The position numbers were made by a program, and so were the translations under genes. Shown piece after piece: positions 36,676 through 46,864 of a DNA stretch of 64,000 nt (position 1 is its first letter; every line of letters starts with the position of its first letter). The DNA is from Alistipes sp. Lineage in GTDB: Bacteria > Bacteroidota > Bacteroidia > Bacteroidales > Rikenellaceae. The DNA lies in contig JAZQHQ010000001.1 of the NCBI GenBank assembly GCA_045540675.1, forward strand, positions 1,401 to 65,400. The letters are read 5' to 3'. Below the pieces are notes generated by a model. That model ran no database searches and was not told the origin of the DNA. It saw only the letters and a program-made list of their open reading frames with translations.

Positions 36676-37995
36676 CTATTCGTTAGGCTTTTCGAGTGGC
36701 AGTCGCACTGCAAACTCCTTTTCGTTGTCTATAATCTCTATCTCGCGGTTGAGCAATAACTGATAGCGGCTATTAAGGTTTGATAGACCTAATCCTGTGC
36801 CCGGATTAGGTTCGAGCATTGGTCGTCTTTCGTTCGATACAACCAGATAGCCTTCCTCGGTGTATATGCGTACGCGGAATAACTTTTTACTACTTATGGT
36901 GTTGTGTTTTACGGCATTACCTATGAGTGGTTGCAACGAAATAGGCGGTAACTTGTAATCAAGATACCTCTCCTCAATATCGAAGTCGAACCGTATCTTA
37001 TCAGCATAGCGTATTTTGAAGAGGTAACAATAAGCTTCGGCAAACTGAATCTCCTCGCGCAGCGCTACAAATGTCGAATTGGAGCCATTCTGCGACAGGT
37101 AGCGGAATGTGTAGGAGAGTTGGTCGATGTAGTTCAAAGCACGCTCTTCATCTTTCTCGCGTACCAACATAGAGAGCGATGATAGCGAGTTGAAGAGGAA
37201 GTGCGGGTTTATCTGGCTTGCCAACATATTGTACTTGGTGGTGAGATTTTCGTTGCGGAGCATCTCGTTTTCGAGCGAAATCTGTTGTTCGCGATAGATA
37301 AGGGTGTAGATACGCGAGTAGAGGATAACTACTGCCAGCATAAAACACGCCTTCAATACCACCACAAACTCCACAATCTGTCGGCTCTTATAGACAGGTA
37401 TCACCTCTCCCGAGTGCATCAATGGTACGGGCGAGATAAAGTATGAGGCAAAAACTATCAGCGCACATATTGCCGAACGAAGCAAAAATCGTTGCCACGA
37501 TATGTCGCGACCTTGTGCATTCATCACCACAAGTAATATGAACGAGAGTATGAAATAGAATATAAATTGATATAGGACAACATGCCACTGTTCCGAGCCA
37601 CGATAGAGAGCTCCGTAATCGAAATCCTCTCCATTGCGCTCCAATACACGCCTCATAATCAGGTGCTGCGCCTCTATATACTTCTGCTCCGAAGCCTCTA
37701 TGTGAAGGTCGTCATTTTGTTCAAGATTGAGCCAATGAATCTTCTGTCTATCAACATAGATACTATCTCCCGCCTCGGTTATGATGTATCCGAAACCATC
37801 GCCCGATATTGAGAGCGTGCCACTAACCTCCACTATCGTGCGATTGTCGCGAACTCGCGCATTGCGGCGTTGTCCCGAATCGTACTGATTGGCTACGAGT
37901 AGTAGTAAGTACGAAAAGTTACAAACAAGACTGACAACTATCGCTACAAATATATAACCCACATAGGGTGAACGACTTTTTAATCTCTTTATCAT
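36676..37995 (-). CDS. LytS-type sensor histidine kinase with OB-fold-like extracytoplasmic domain
   Basis: About 4 TM segments; SQINPHFLFNSL H-box; QPLIGNAVKHN; GTGLGLSNL. Confidence 0.92.
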   Translation of the reverse strand: MIKRLKSRSPYVGYIFVAIVVSLVCNFSYLLLLVANQYDSGQRRNARVRDNRTIVEVSGTLSISGDGFGYIITEAGDSIYVDRQKIHWLNLEQNDDLHIEASEQKYIEAQHLIMRRVLERNGEDFDYGALYRGSEQWHVVLYQFIFYFILSFILLVVMNAQGRDISWQRFLLRSAICALIVFASYFISPVPLMHSGEVIPVYKSRQIVEFVVVLKACFMLAVVILYSRIYTLIYREQQISLENEMLRNENLTTKYNMLASQINPHFLFNSLSSLSMLVREKDEERALNYIDQLSYTFRYLSQNGSNSTFVALREEIQFAEAYCYLFKIRYADKIRFDFDIEERYLDYKLPPISLQPLIGNAVKHNTISSKKLFRVRIYTEEGYLVVSNERRPMLEPNPGTGLGLSNLNSRYQLLLNREIEIIDNEKEFAVRLPLEKPNE

Positions 37996-38146
37996 ATCAG
38001 ACTTTTAGCTATTAGCTTTTTTGGTTGTGGGGACTCTAAAAGTGTTCAAGGCGCAGGCGAATTAACGGATAGTAAGGGCGAGTAACGGCTATTAATGGTG
38101 CGCTTTCGCTTTTTCAATCCTCAATTCTCAATCCTCAATTTGAAAC

Positions 38147-38674
38147 CTACTCCTCGTACCACGAAGCGTAGAGGCGGTAGTCGTTGGCAATGCGCTTGAT
38201 AATCTGTTCGCGCTGCTCGGGGGTTACCTCCTTAACTTTCTTGGCAGGGACACCGGCATAAACCGAGTTTGGCTCTAACTTGGAGTTTGAGAGAACAAGT
38301 GCATTTGCAGCAATGATACAACCCGATGCCACTACGGCATTGTCGAGAATTGTTGAGCCCATTCCGATAAGGCAGTTATCCTCGATTATTGCGCCATGAA
38401 TTGTGGCGTTGTGTCCTACCGACACATCGTTGCCGATATGCGTCTGCGAAGGTTTTGGCGACTTGTCGTAGAGGGTGTGGATTACCGTTCCATCTTGGAT
38501 ATTTGTGCGGTCGCCAATGGTGATTTTGTTTACATCGCCACGCAACACCACATTGTACCAAATCGAAGAGTCCTTACCGACCGTAACATCTCCAATCAAT
38601 ACAGCCGTTTCGGCTACAAATGTACCCTCGCCAACCTCTGGCGTATGATTTCTCACAGATTTAATGTATGCCAT
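38147..38674 (-). CDS. Gamma carbonic anhydrase family hexapeptide-repeat protein
   Basis: IWYNVVLRGDVN, NIQDGTVIH, VGHNATIHG; likely start MAYIK at 38674. Confidence 0.93.
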   Translation of the reverse strand: MAYIKSVRNHTPEVGEGTFVAETAVLIGDVTVGKDSSIWYNVVLRGDVNKITIGDRTNIQDGTVIHTLYDKSPKPSQTHIGNDVSVGHNATIHGAIIEDNCLIGMGSTILDNAVVASGCIIAANALVLSNSKLEPNSVYAGVPAKKVKEVTPEQREQIIKRIANDYRLYASWYEE

Positions 38675-38690
38675 AATTTCTAATTTTGCA

Positions 38691-38810
38691 AAATCGTTCT
38701 GATTGCCTCTTTTTGCACCTTGCTTGCGCTGTAAATGCTCACATACGCCAAGTATGCTCCGCTTTCCAGCACTGCGCAACGCACAAAAATAGACTAATCA
38801 TTTACGATTT
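38691..38810. repeat. Long palindromic intergenic element, family A copy 3
   Basis: Core ctcacatacgccaagtatgctccg; arm segments gcctctttttgcac/gcacaaaaatagac shared with copy 2. Confidence 0.85.
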
Positions 38811-38873
38811 CCACTTTTGGGAAATTCTAATTCTTAATTCTCAATTCTTAATTTTTAATTAGCAATAGCCATG

Positions 38874-39641
38874 CTATTGCTTTGCTTCTTGCCAATACTG
38901 CTCCATTTCGTCAAGTGATGCCTCGCTTACCATCTTGCCTTGCTCGGCTACGCGCTTTTCGAGGTGGTTGAAACGCTCGATAAACTTCTTGTTTGTGCGC
39001 TCCAAGGCATTTTCAGGGTCGATGCCACTCTTACGACAAGCGTTGATAAGTGCAAAGAACAAATCGCCGAACTCTGCTTCCAACAAATCTTTATTGCCAC
39101 TCCGCATCTCGGCTTCAACCTCGCGCATCTCCTCATTTACCTTATCCCACACCTCGCTTGCCGAATTCCAGTCGAAACCTACGGCTGCTGCTTTCTCACT
39201 TATGCGGAATGCCTTGACCATTGCGGGCAGAGAGCGCGGAACACCGCCGAGGACACCACTTTTGCGAGCCTTTTTACGGAGTTTTAGAGCCTCCCAATTC
39301 TGCTTTACCTCCTCGGGCGACTCGGCAAGTACATCGCCATATACATGCGGGTGACGGTAGATGAGTTTGTCGCATACTCCGTTTGCCACATCTGCAAGGT
39401 CGAATGCTCCTTGCTCCTCGGCAATCTTCGAATAGAATACAATGTGCAGAAAGAGGTCGCCCAACTCCTCTTTGATACCCTCCATATCGTTGGCGGTGAT
39501 TGCATCAGCCAACTCGAAGGTCTCCTCGATGGTGTTGTTGCGCAACGAGTGAATGGTCTGCTCTCTATCCCATGGGCACTCCACACGCAGGCGGTTCATT
39601 ACCTCTATAAGTCGTGCCGTACCCTCCAATTTCTTCTCCAT
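38874..39641 (-). CDS. mazG: Nucleoside triphosphate pyrophosphohydrolase MazG
   Basis: CPWDREQT, EELGDL, tandem MazG domains. Confidence 0.95.
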   Translation of the reverse strand: MEKKLEGTARLIEVMNRLRVECPWDREQTIHSLRNNTIEETFELADAITANDMEGIKEELGDLFLHIVFYSKIAEEQGAFDLADVANGVCDKLIYRHPHVYGDVLAESPEEVKQNWEALKLRKKARKSGVLGGVPRSLPAMVKAFRISEKAAAVGFDWNSASEVWDKVNEEMREVEAEMRSGNKDLLEAEFGDLFFALINACRKSGIDPENALERTNKKFIERFNHLEKRVAEQGKMVSEASLDEMEQYWQEAKQ

Positions 39642-39678
39642 AACCGATGAATTTTCGGCAAAGATACAAAAAGATATT

Positions 39679-41898
39679 CTACTTTATAACCAAAGGTTGA
39701 ATAATTACCTTCTCCTCGGCATCGCTTATGTGGTCAGCAACGATGCGTATGGCGTGTATCTGTTGGTTCTTTTTTGGTCGTAGAACGAATAATCCTCTGT
39801 TGAAATTGCCTACACGAACGAACTTTTCGCCATCGTAGCACACTTCGATATGTCCTTTGTAGATAAGGCATCGATGCAGATGCTCATATCCGTTTCTGAT
39901 TTGGATATATGAAGCCTTTATCGGCTCATCGAAGCGGAATTCAAACCAATCTCCCTCTTTCGCACAACGAGTCGTATATGCAGCTTTTTGGTAGGAGGCG
40001 CATATTTCGGCCGGTCGCCGTTTGCTGAAAGGCATTGAGGAAGTGAGGGTTACTTTTGGCTTTTGATGAATGTAATATGGCGGTGCGCCAACATTATTAC
40101 TGTAACCTGTCATCAATTCGCTACGGAAAGTGATAAATGGGGCTAATTCGGCATTAATAGGTGCTTTGTATGGTTGTGTTCTATTATTGCGAATATCGGT
40201 AAAATATATTTTTGAGCCATCAGTAGTTGAAGCGAAGATCTTACCGTTCTCGACCTTGATGGTAGGCGATTCGAGTCGGAAAGTCGCACTCATCGAATGC
40301 AACTTGTGATAGAAGTTGCTTTGCAACACCCTCATCATCTCATCGTAGGAACGGCGATTCTTGCTCCACGCAATCTCCGAAACTGCAAATATACGCGGGA
40401 AAATCATATACTCTAAATAGTCTGAAAAATGACGCTTCGAAGTGATATTTTCGAGATAAATCTCACTCCAAAATGCCCCTTCAATGCCGGCGATGTATTT
40501 GCGTTGCTCGGTGGAGAAGCCTGCATTCTCAAACGAGAAATCGCAGATTGCTTTGAGGTGCAGTCCTGTTGAAATGCGGTGTCCGCGCTCATTTGGCGAC
40601 TGCCTCTTATCGAGGTAGAAAACACTCGAAGGCATTATGATTGTAGGGTAGCCATTGGCGGTGGAATGAAGACACTTTCTTACACTCCTCCAACCCGTTA
40701 CCATGGTTGTTTTTGGCAGAAGTCCACCATCTACCGCCTCATCCCATACTACCGCCTTACGGTTGTATTTTGTGAGAATCTTGCTGACGCGGTTAAGAAA
40801 GTATTGTTCGAGTTGTTCCCCATTTTTTAACCCCTTTTCGCTCATCAATTTTTGACAGTCGGGGCATTTGTTCCACTGCGAGAAATCCACCTCATCCCCG
40901 CCTATGTGAAGATACTCCGATGGAAAGATATCTACCAGCTCCTTGACAATATCCTCTATGAGGGCATAATTGGACTCCTTTGCAACGCACCACACATTGC
41001 GAATGTCAATGCCATTCGTATCGGAAGTATCGGGTTTGTAGTTGCAAAAGATGTCGGGATATACCACACCGAGAGCCTTGCTGTGTCCGGGCATATCAAT
41101 TTCCGGTATAACCTCGATATTTCGCGCAGCAGCATACGCCACAATATCTCGCAACTCTGCTTGGGTGTAGTAACCGCCATATCGTTGATTAAATCGGTCG
41201 TAGATGGGGTGAAGTGGGGAATCTCCACCTCTAAAACCACCAATCTCTGCAAATTGAGGATACTTTTTTATCTCGATGCGCCACGCAGGATTATCAACAA
41301 GATGAAAATGGAGTTTGTTCAACTTGCAGTATGCCATGTAGTCCAATACCCGCTTAATCTCATGTACAGGCTGAAATGTGCGAGCTACATCGAGCAGGAA
41401 ACCTCGAAAGTGGTACTGTGGAGCATCTTTAACTTCGATATATGTAACCTCCATCGGCAGTTGGGCAGTTTTTGAGTAGACAGCGTGCGGAAGAAGTTGT
41501 AGCAGCGATTGAATACCATTGAATACACCTCCATAATCGCCTCCGCGAATCTCCACACCCTTTTTACCTATTGACAATGAGTACTCCTCTTTGCCCAACT
41601 TTTTGTCGAGCAGTAGTCGTATAGAGTTCTCTTTCTTCCCCTTTGTGCGTTCCAGAGGGAGGTAGATGCGCAGATAATCGGCTGCTTTTGCAACCTCTTT
41701 GTCGCAGATGATGGCGGTGCGCTCATTGATGGTGAAACGCCCCTCGCCTTTTATGAGTGAGCGCGGTTGAGGAATGATATCGGAATGGAGGGGAACGAGT
41801 ATTGTTTTTGTGGAATCGACCTTTTCTCTCGATTTCGTGTCGGCACTGCAATTTGTCTGAATAAAAAGCAGTAGTAGGGATAAAAGTAGTAGTTTCAT
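39679..41898 (-). CDS. GH20 beta-N-acetylhexosaminidase
   Basis: RGFLLDVAR, PEIDMPGH, HIGGDEV. Confidence 0.93.
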   Translation of the reverse strand: MKLLLLSLLLLFIQTNCSADTKSREKVDSTKTILVPLHSDIIPQPRSLIKGEGRFTINERTAIICDKEVAKAADYLRIYLPLERTKGKKENSIRLLLDKKLGKEEYSLSIGKKGVEIRGGDYGGVFNGIQSLLQLLPHAVYSKTAQLPMEVTYIEVKDAPQYHFRGFLLDVARTFQPVHEIKRVLDYMAYCKLNKLHFHLVDNPAWRIEIKKYPQFAEIGGFRGGDSPLHPIYDRFNQRYGGYYTQAELRDIVAYAAARNIEVIPEIDMPGHSKALGVVYPDIFCNYKPDTSDTNGIDIRNVWCVAKESNYALIEDIVKELVDIFPSEYLHIGGDEVDFSQWNKCPDCQKLMSEKGLKNGEQLEQYFLNRVSKILTKYNRKAVVWDEAVDGGLLPKTTMVTGWRSVRKCLHSTANGYPTIIMPSSVFYLDKRQSPNERGHRISTGLHLKAICDFSFENAGFSTEQRKYIAGIEGAFWSEIYLENITSKRHFSDYLEYMIFPRIFAVSEIAWSKNRRSYDEMMRVLQSNFYHKLHSMSATFRLESPTIKVENGKIFASTTDGSKIYFTDIRNNRTQPYKAPINAELAPFITFRSELMTGYSNNVGAPPYYIHQKPKVTLTSSMPFSKRRPAEICASYQKAAYTTRCAKEGDWFEFRFDEPIKASYIQIRNGYEHLHRCLIYKGHIEVCYDGEKFVRVGNFNRGLFVLRPKKNQQIHAIRIVADHISDAEEKVIIQPLVIK

Positions 41899-42001
41899 CG
41901 GTTTGTTGTGTAGTTTATCGCAAAGTTAATGAAAAAAATTTATTTTTCAATTTTCAATTATATTCTTATCTTTGCGCCCACAAGTATATATACCCGAAAA
42001 G

Positions 42002-42838
42002 ATGAAAGCAGTTTCAACAGTCAAGGCTTTGCGCGAGGAGCTCTCGGCATGCCAAGGTAAAAAGATAGGATTTGTCCCTACAATGGGCGCACTGCACGAA
42101 GGACACATTTCGCTTGTTACCCGTGCTCGCAAGGAGTGCGATGTAGTGGTAGCGAGTGTATTCGTAAACCCAACTCAATTCAACGACAAGAACGACCTGC
42201 GCAACTATCCTCGTACCCCCGAGGCTGATGCAGCGATGCTCGAAGCGGCAGGAGTAGATTTGGTACTCTTCCCTTCGGTTGAGGAGATTTATCCTGAGCC
42301 GGATACCCGACAGTTCGACTTCGGTCAGATTGACAAGGTTATGGAGGGTGCAACACGCCCCGGACACTTCAACGGCGTGGCACAGGTGGTTTCACGCCTC
42401 TTTGCGATTGTCGAGCCTACTTGCGCCTACTTCGGAGAGAAGGATTTTCAGCAGATTGCAGTAATTCGTGCAATGGTCAAGCAACTCGGCTTGAAGGTTG
42501 AGATTATCGACTGCCCAATCGTGCGCGATACTGACGGCTTGGCTCGTTCATCGCGCAACCTCTTGCTCACCCCTGCGCATCGTGCCGCAGCACCTCATAT
42601 CTACGAGGTATTGAGCGCAGCGCAAGCGAAGGTTGGCGAGATGTCGCCCGCAGAATTGACCGCTTGGGTTACCGCCGAGGTGGAGAAGAACGAACTTCTG
42701 AAAGTGATATATTTCGCAGCAGTCGATGCACTCTCGATGCAGACTATCGAGGAGTGGAGCGACTCGGAGCGTGTGCAGGGTTGCATAGCAGTTCAGGCCG
42801 GCGAAATCAGATTGATTGATAATATAAAACTTAAATAA
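42002..42838 (+). CDS. panC: Pantoate--beta-alanine ligase
   Basis: [32 protein letters not shown]. Confidence 0.97.
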   Translation: MKAVSTVKALREELSACQGKKIGFVPTMGALHEGHISLVTRARKECDVVVASVFVNPTQFNDKNDLRNYPRTPEADAAMLEAAGVDLVLFPSVEEIYPEPDTRQFDFGQIDKVMEGATRPGHFNGVAQVVSRLFAIVEPTCAYFGEKDFQQIAVIRAMVKQLGLKVEIIDCPIVRDTDGLARSSRNLLLTPAHRAAAPHIYEVLSAAQAKVGEMSPAELTAWVTAEVEKNELLKVIYFAAVDALSMQTIEEWSDSERVQGCIAVQAGEIRLIDNIKLK

Positions 42839-42842
42839 GACG

Positions 42843-43196
42843 ATGTATATTGAGGTAATGAAGTCGAAGATTCACCGTGTAACGGTGACTCAGGCGAATG
42901 TCGATTATGTCGGCAGTATTACTATTGACTCGGCATTGATGAAGGCTGCGAACTTGATTCGTGGCGAGAAGGTACAGGTGGTAAATGTCACCAATGGAGA
43001 GCGTCTCGAAACCTACGCCATTCCGGGCGAGGCTGGTAGTGGCGTAATCTGCCTAAATGGTGCCGCAGCACACAAGGCAAATGTGGGAGATATAGTTATC
43101 ATAATCTCCTACGCTTCGATGGATTTCGAGGAGGCAAAAACCTTTGAGCCGAGTGTGATTTTCCCCGTTACCGAAACTAACCAACTCGTAAAGTAG
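42843..43196 (+). CDS. panD: Aspartate 1-decarboxylase
   Basis: [19 protein letters not shown]. Confidence 0.97.
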   Translation: MYIEVMKSKIHRVTVTQANVDYVGSITIDSALMKAANLIRGEKVQVVNVTNGERLETYAIPGEAGSGVICLNGAAAHKANVGDIVIIISYASMDFEEAKTFEPSVIFPVTETNQLVK

Positions 43197-43197
43197 A

Positions 43198-43686
43198 ATG
43201 GATACTTTATTGTCGATACTTGCCGTATTGTTCGGCGTAGTGGGTTGTGTGGGTTGTATTGCTCCCGTACTGCCGGGCGTGGCACTTGCATACGTAGGCT
43301 ACTTGTGCCTATACTTCTGCTCATACTCCGAAATATCTGTCGCTTGGCTTGTAGTTTTTGGAGTTCTCACACTTATTGTATCGGTACTCGACTATCTGTT
43401 GCCTTCGTATATGACCAAGAAGTTCGGCGGCTCGAAGGCGGGCGAGCGCGGAGCAATGGCGGGTGTTTTGGGCGGATTCCTCTTTGGACCTATCGGCATT
43501 ATCGTAGGACCATTTGTGGGCGCAGTGCTTGGAGAGTTGATTTTTGACAACAGCGATAAGCAACGTGCATTACGGAGTGGCTTTGGCTCGTTCCTCTCGT
43601 TTTTTGTCGGCACAGGCATAAAACTCGCACTCTCGCTGTGGCTTACGGTGGAGATTTGTATCGATGTGTTCAAAAATGCCTTTTAG
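43198..43686 (+). CDS. DUF456 family membrane protein
   Basis: PVLPG, KKFGGSKAG, GPFVGAVLGEL. Confidence 0.85.
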   Translation: MDTLLSILAVLFGVVGCVGCIAPVLPGVALAYVGYLCLYFCSYSEISVAWLVVFGVLTLIVSVLDYLLPSYMTKKFGGSKAGERGAMAGVLGGFLFGPIGIIVGPFVGAVLGELIFDNSDKQRALRSGFGSFLSFFVGTGIKLALSLWLTVEICIDVFKNAF

Positions 43687-43715
43687 ACGAGATAATAATT
43701 AAATAATTCTCAGTT

Positions 43716-46616
43716 ATGAAGCGATTTTATTGGATTTTGATTTTGGTGGCGATGGTTGCCGTTTCGTGCGGTTATCGCTACGAGAGCGTAGAGGGCGATA
43801 AGTCTGCTACACGCATATATACACTCAAAAACGGATTGAAGGTCTATATGTCGGTAAACAAGGAGCAACCTCGCTTGCAGACGATGATTGCCGTGCGTGT
43901 AGGCTCGAAGAATGACCCTGCCGAGACGACAGGTTTGGCGCACTACTTTGAGCATTTGATGTTCAAGGGTACCGACAAGTTCGGAACTCAGAACTACGAG
44001 GCTGAGAAGCCTCTGCTCGATGAGATTGAGCGTCTGTTCGAAGTCTATCGTGTAACCACTGACGAGGCGGAGCGCAAAGCGATATATGCAAAGATTGACA
44101 GCGTATCGCAGGAGGCTTCGAAGTATGCCATTCCTAACGAGTACGACAAGTTGATGCAGGCAATTGGTGCTGACGGCACAAATGCTTGGACCTCGTATGA
44201 CGAAACAAACTATGTGGAGGATATCCCATCGAACCAGATTGAGAATTGGGCAAAGATTCAGGCGGAGCGATTCGAGAATGCTGTAATTCGTGGTTTTCAC
44301 ACCGAACTCGAAACGGTTTACGAGGAGTACAACATGGGGCTTACGAACGATAACAGCAAACTCATTGACAAGATTTTGTCAATGACATTCCCTGACCACC
44401 CATACGGAACGCAGTCCCCAATCGGTAAGCAGGAGCATCTGAAAAATCCGTCAATCACAAATATCAAGAACTACTACAAGACCTACTATGTGCCAAACAA
44501 TATGGCAATATGTATGGCGGGAGATTTCAACCCTGACGAGGCGATTGTGATTATTGACAAGTACTTCGGAAAACTCAAACCAAATCGCAAACTCCCGAAG
44601 GTCAAGGAGTATAAGCCTGCTCGTATGACCGAAGTTAAGGAGGCGGAGGTTTACGGCTTGGAGAGTGAGAGCGTGGCTATCGCTTGGCCTATCGAGGGTG
44701 CAAAGAGCGAAGGTCGCCTTGTAGGAGCATTACTCTCATCGGTCCTCTCGAATGGCGGAAATTGCGGTCTGCTCGACACCAACCTTTTGCAGGAGCAGAA
44801 GGTTCTCGATGCTTGGGGCGGTGTGGAGTATCTTACCGATGCAGGTATCGTAACCCTAATGGGCGAGCCAAAGCAGGGGCAGTCGCTCGAAGAGGTGCGA
44901 GATTTGTTACTTGCCGAGGCTGCAAAGTTGCGCAACGGAGAGTTTGACTCCGACCTCTTGAAAGCGATTATTGCCAACTATCGCCGTGGCGAGATGGCAG
45001 ATTTGGAGAACAACTTTGTCCGTGCCTACAAGATGGAGGCGGCATTTGTCAATGGCTTGGATTGGGCAAGTGTTGCAACCGAGATTGACCGTGCAGCCGA
45101 TATTACCAAAGATGATGTCGTTGCATGGGCAAACAAGAATATGCCTGCCGAGGGCTACTGCGTAGTCTATAAGCGTCAGGGCGAGGATAAGTCGCAGAAG
45201 AAAATCGACAAACCTTCGATAACCCCTATCTCGGCAAATCGTGATGCACAGAGCGACTATCTCGTTGCCACCCAGCAGTCGGAGGTAGCACCTATTGCTC
45301 CACAATTTATCGACTACGAGCGCGATATGGGACAGGCTAAATTGGAGAGTGGATTGGAGGTACTCTACAAGCGTAACGAAACAAACGAGCTATTCTCGCT
45401 TATCTATCTCTACGATTTTGGCACTACAACCGTAAAGTCTATGGCTTTGGCTGCCGACTATATGGAGTTGCTCGGTACAACAGAGAAGAGCGCAGAGGAT
45501 ATTAAGCGAGAGCTATATGACCTTGCTTGCTCATTCAACATTACCGTAACGGGCGATAAGACCTACCTTATAATAAGTGGTCTTTCCGAGAATATGGAGC
45601 GTGCAATGACCGTTATTGAGGATTACATTGCAAATGTTGAGGGCAATGAGGATATTTTGAAGGGCGTAAAGAGCGACTTCGCACAACAACGCATAAATGC
45701 CAAGGCTTCGCAACAGGAGAACTTCCTCCGTTTACAGAACTACTGCCTCTATGGTGGCGACTACATTCGCACGCGCACAATGTCAAACAAGGAGTTGCAG
45801 AGAATTTCATCGAAGGAGTTGCTCAACAATATCAAGCAGTTGTCGCAGGTAAAGCATCGTATAATGTACTATGGACCACATCATCTCAACAATGTTGTGG
45901 AGATGCTATATACTACACACAAAACGAGCGATGACCTCCTCGACTTGAAGTCGGAGCTTGTGCCTACACAACCGGTTAAGAGATCGAATGTACTCTTTGC
46001 ACAGTACGATGCAAAGCAGGTATATTATATGCAGTATTCGTGTCGTGAGGGGGATAAGTGGAATCTCGACTATTCGCCTGTGGGCAATCTCTACAACAAC
46101 TACTTCTCCGGCGGTATGAACGCCATTGTTTTTCAGGAGATGCGCGAAGCACGAGGTTTGGCATACTCGGCATACTCCTATCTTGCAAAAGGTCGTGTTC
46201 CGCACCACCCATACTACTTCTACGCCTTTATTGCTACACAGAACGACAAAGTGCAGCAGGCAGTCGAAGCGTTTGACGAAATTATAGAAAATATGCCTCG
46301 TTCGGAGCAGGCATTTGAGTTGGCAAAGAGTGGCATATTGGCAAATATCGAGAGTAAGCGCACTACCAAGATGGATATATTGTGGAGCTATCTCGAACAG
46401 GAGAAGTTCGGGCTTAAAGAGGATATCAACAAGACTCTCTACGAGGGTATTCAGTCGCTTACACTCGATGACGTGGTGAAGTTCCAGCAGGAGTTTATCA
46501 AGGGCAGAGCCTACACCTACTGCATCTTGGGTGACAAGCACGACCTCGATATGAAGTATATCGGTACACTCGGCAAGATAAAGTATCTCTCGCAGGAGGA
46601 GATTTTTGGATACTAA
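43716..46616 (+). CDS. M16 (insulinase-family) zinc protease lipoprotein
   Basis: HYFEH inverted Zn motif, NAWTSYDET, REARGLAYS. Confidence 0.93.
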   Translation: MKRFYWILILVAMVAVSCGYRYESVEGDKSATRIYTLKNGLKVYMSVNKEQPRLQTMIAVRVGSKNDPAETTGLAHYFEHLMFKGTDKFGTQNYEAEKPLLDEIERLFEVYRVTTDEAERKAIYAKIDSVSQEASKYAIPNEYDKLMQAIGADGTNAWTSYDETNYVEDIPSNQIENWAKIQAERFENAVIRGFHTELETVYEEYNMGLTNDNSKLIDKILSMTFPDHPYGTQSPIGKQEHLKNPSITNIKNYYKTYYVPNNMAICMAGDFNPDEAIVIIDKYFGKLKPNRKLPKVKEYKPARMTEVKEAEVYGLESESVAIAWPIEGAKSEGRLVGALLSSVLSNGGNCGLLDTNLLQEQKVLDAWGGVEYLTDAGIVTLMGEPKQGQSLEEVRDLLLAEAAKLRNGEFDSDLLKAIIANYRRGEMADLENNFVRAYKMEAAFVNGLDWASVATEIDRAADITKDDVVAWANKNMPAEGYCVVYKRQGEDKSQKKIDKPSITPISANRDAQSDYLVATQQSEVAPIAPQFIDYERDMGQAKLESGLEVLYKRNETNELFSLIYLYDFGTTTVKSMALAADYMELLGTTEKSAEDIKRELYDLACSFNITVTGDKTYLIISGLSENMERAMTVIEDYIANVEGNEDILKGVKSDFAQQRINAKASQQENFLRLQNYCLYGGDYIRTRTMSNKELQRISSKELLNNIKQLSQVKHRIMYYGPHHLNNVVEMLYTTHKTSDDLLDLKSELVPTQPVKRSNVLFAQYDAKQVYYMQYSCREGDKWNLDYSPVGNLYNNYFSGGMNAIVFQEMREARGLAYSAYSYLAKGRVPHHPYYFYAFIATQNDKVQQAVEAFDEIIENMPRSEQAFELAKSGILANIESKRTTKMDILWSYLEQEKFGLKEDINKTLYEGIQSLTLDDVVKFQQEFIKGRAYTYCILGDKHDLDMKYIGTLGKIKYLSQEEIFGY

Positions 46617-46627
46617 CGGAAAGCGGA

Positions 46628-46712
46628 ACCGACGACAAGCAGAGCGCAGAGGCTGCTTGCAGACTATGCCGAGGCGCGAAGGAGGAAAAGCCTGCGAAGC
46701 AGGGTTAAAGCG
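46628..46712. repeat. REP-like multi-hairpin intergenic element
   Basis: agcag...ctgct and cctgc-gaa-gcagg hairpins around actatgccgagg; single copy in the window. Confidence 0.45.
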
Positions 46713-46864
46713 GGAAAACGGAAAACTTTTTTAAGCTGGGAGCTTAAAACTTAAAGCGCACCCTATAATCCCTATTACCCCTATCATCGCTTGCGCCGTG
46801 ACAAGGGCAGGAGTCCAGACGAGAGATAAAAAAGAACACAACACTTAAATAAATATATGTAATT

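Noticed and set aside
38675-38779. N-terminal extension of the gamma-CA ORF (and similar extensions of rpoN, xpt, panC, TonB, Rep)
   Set aside because: The extensions run through repeat or promoter DNA; downstream ATGs match the family starts
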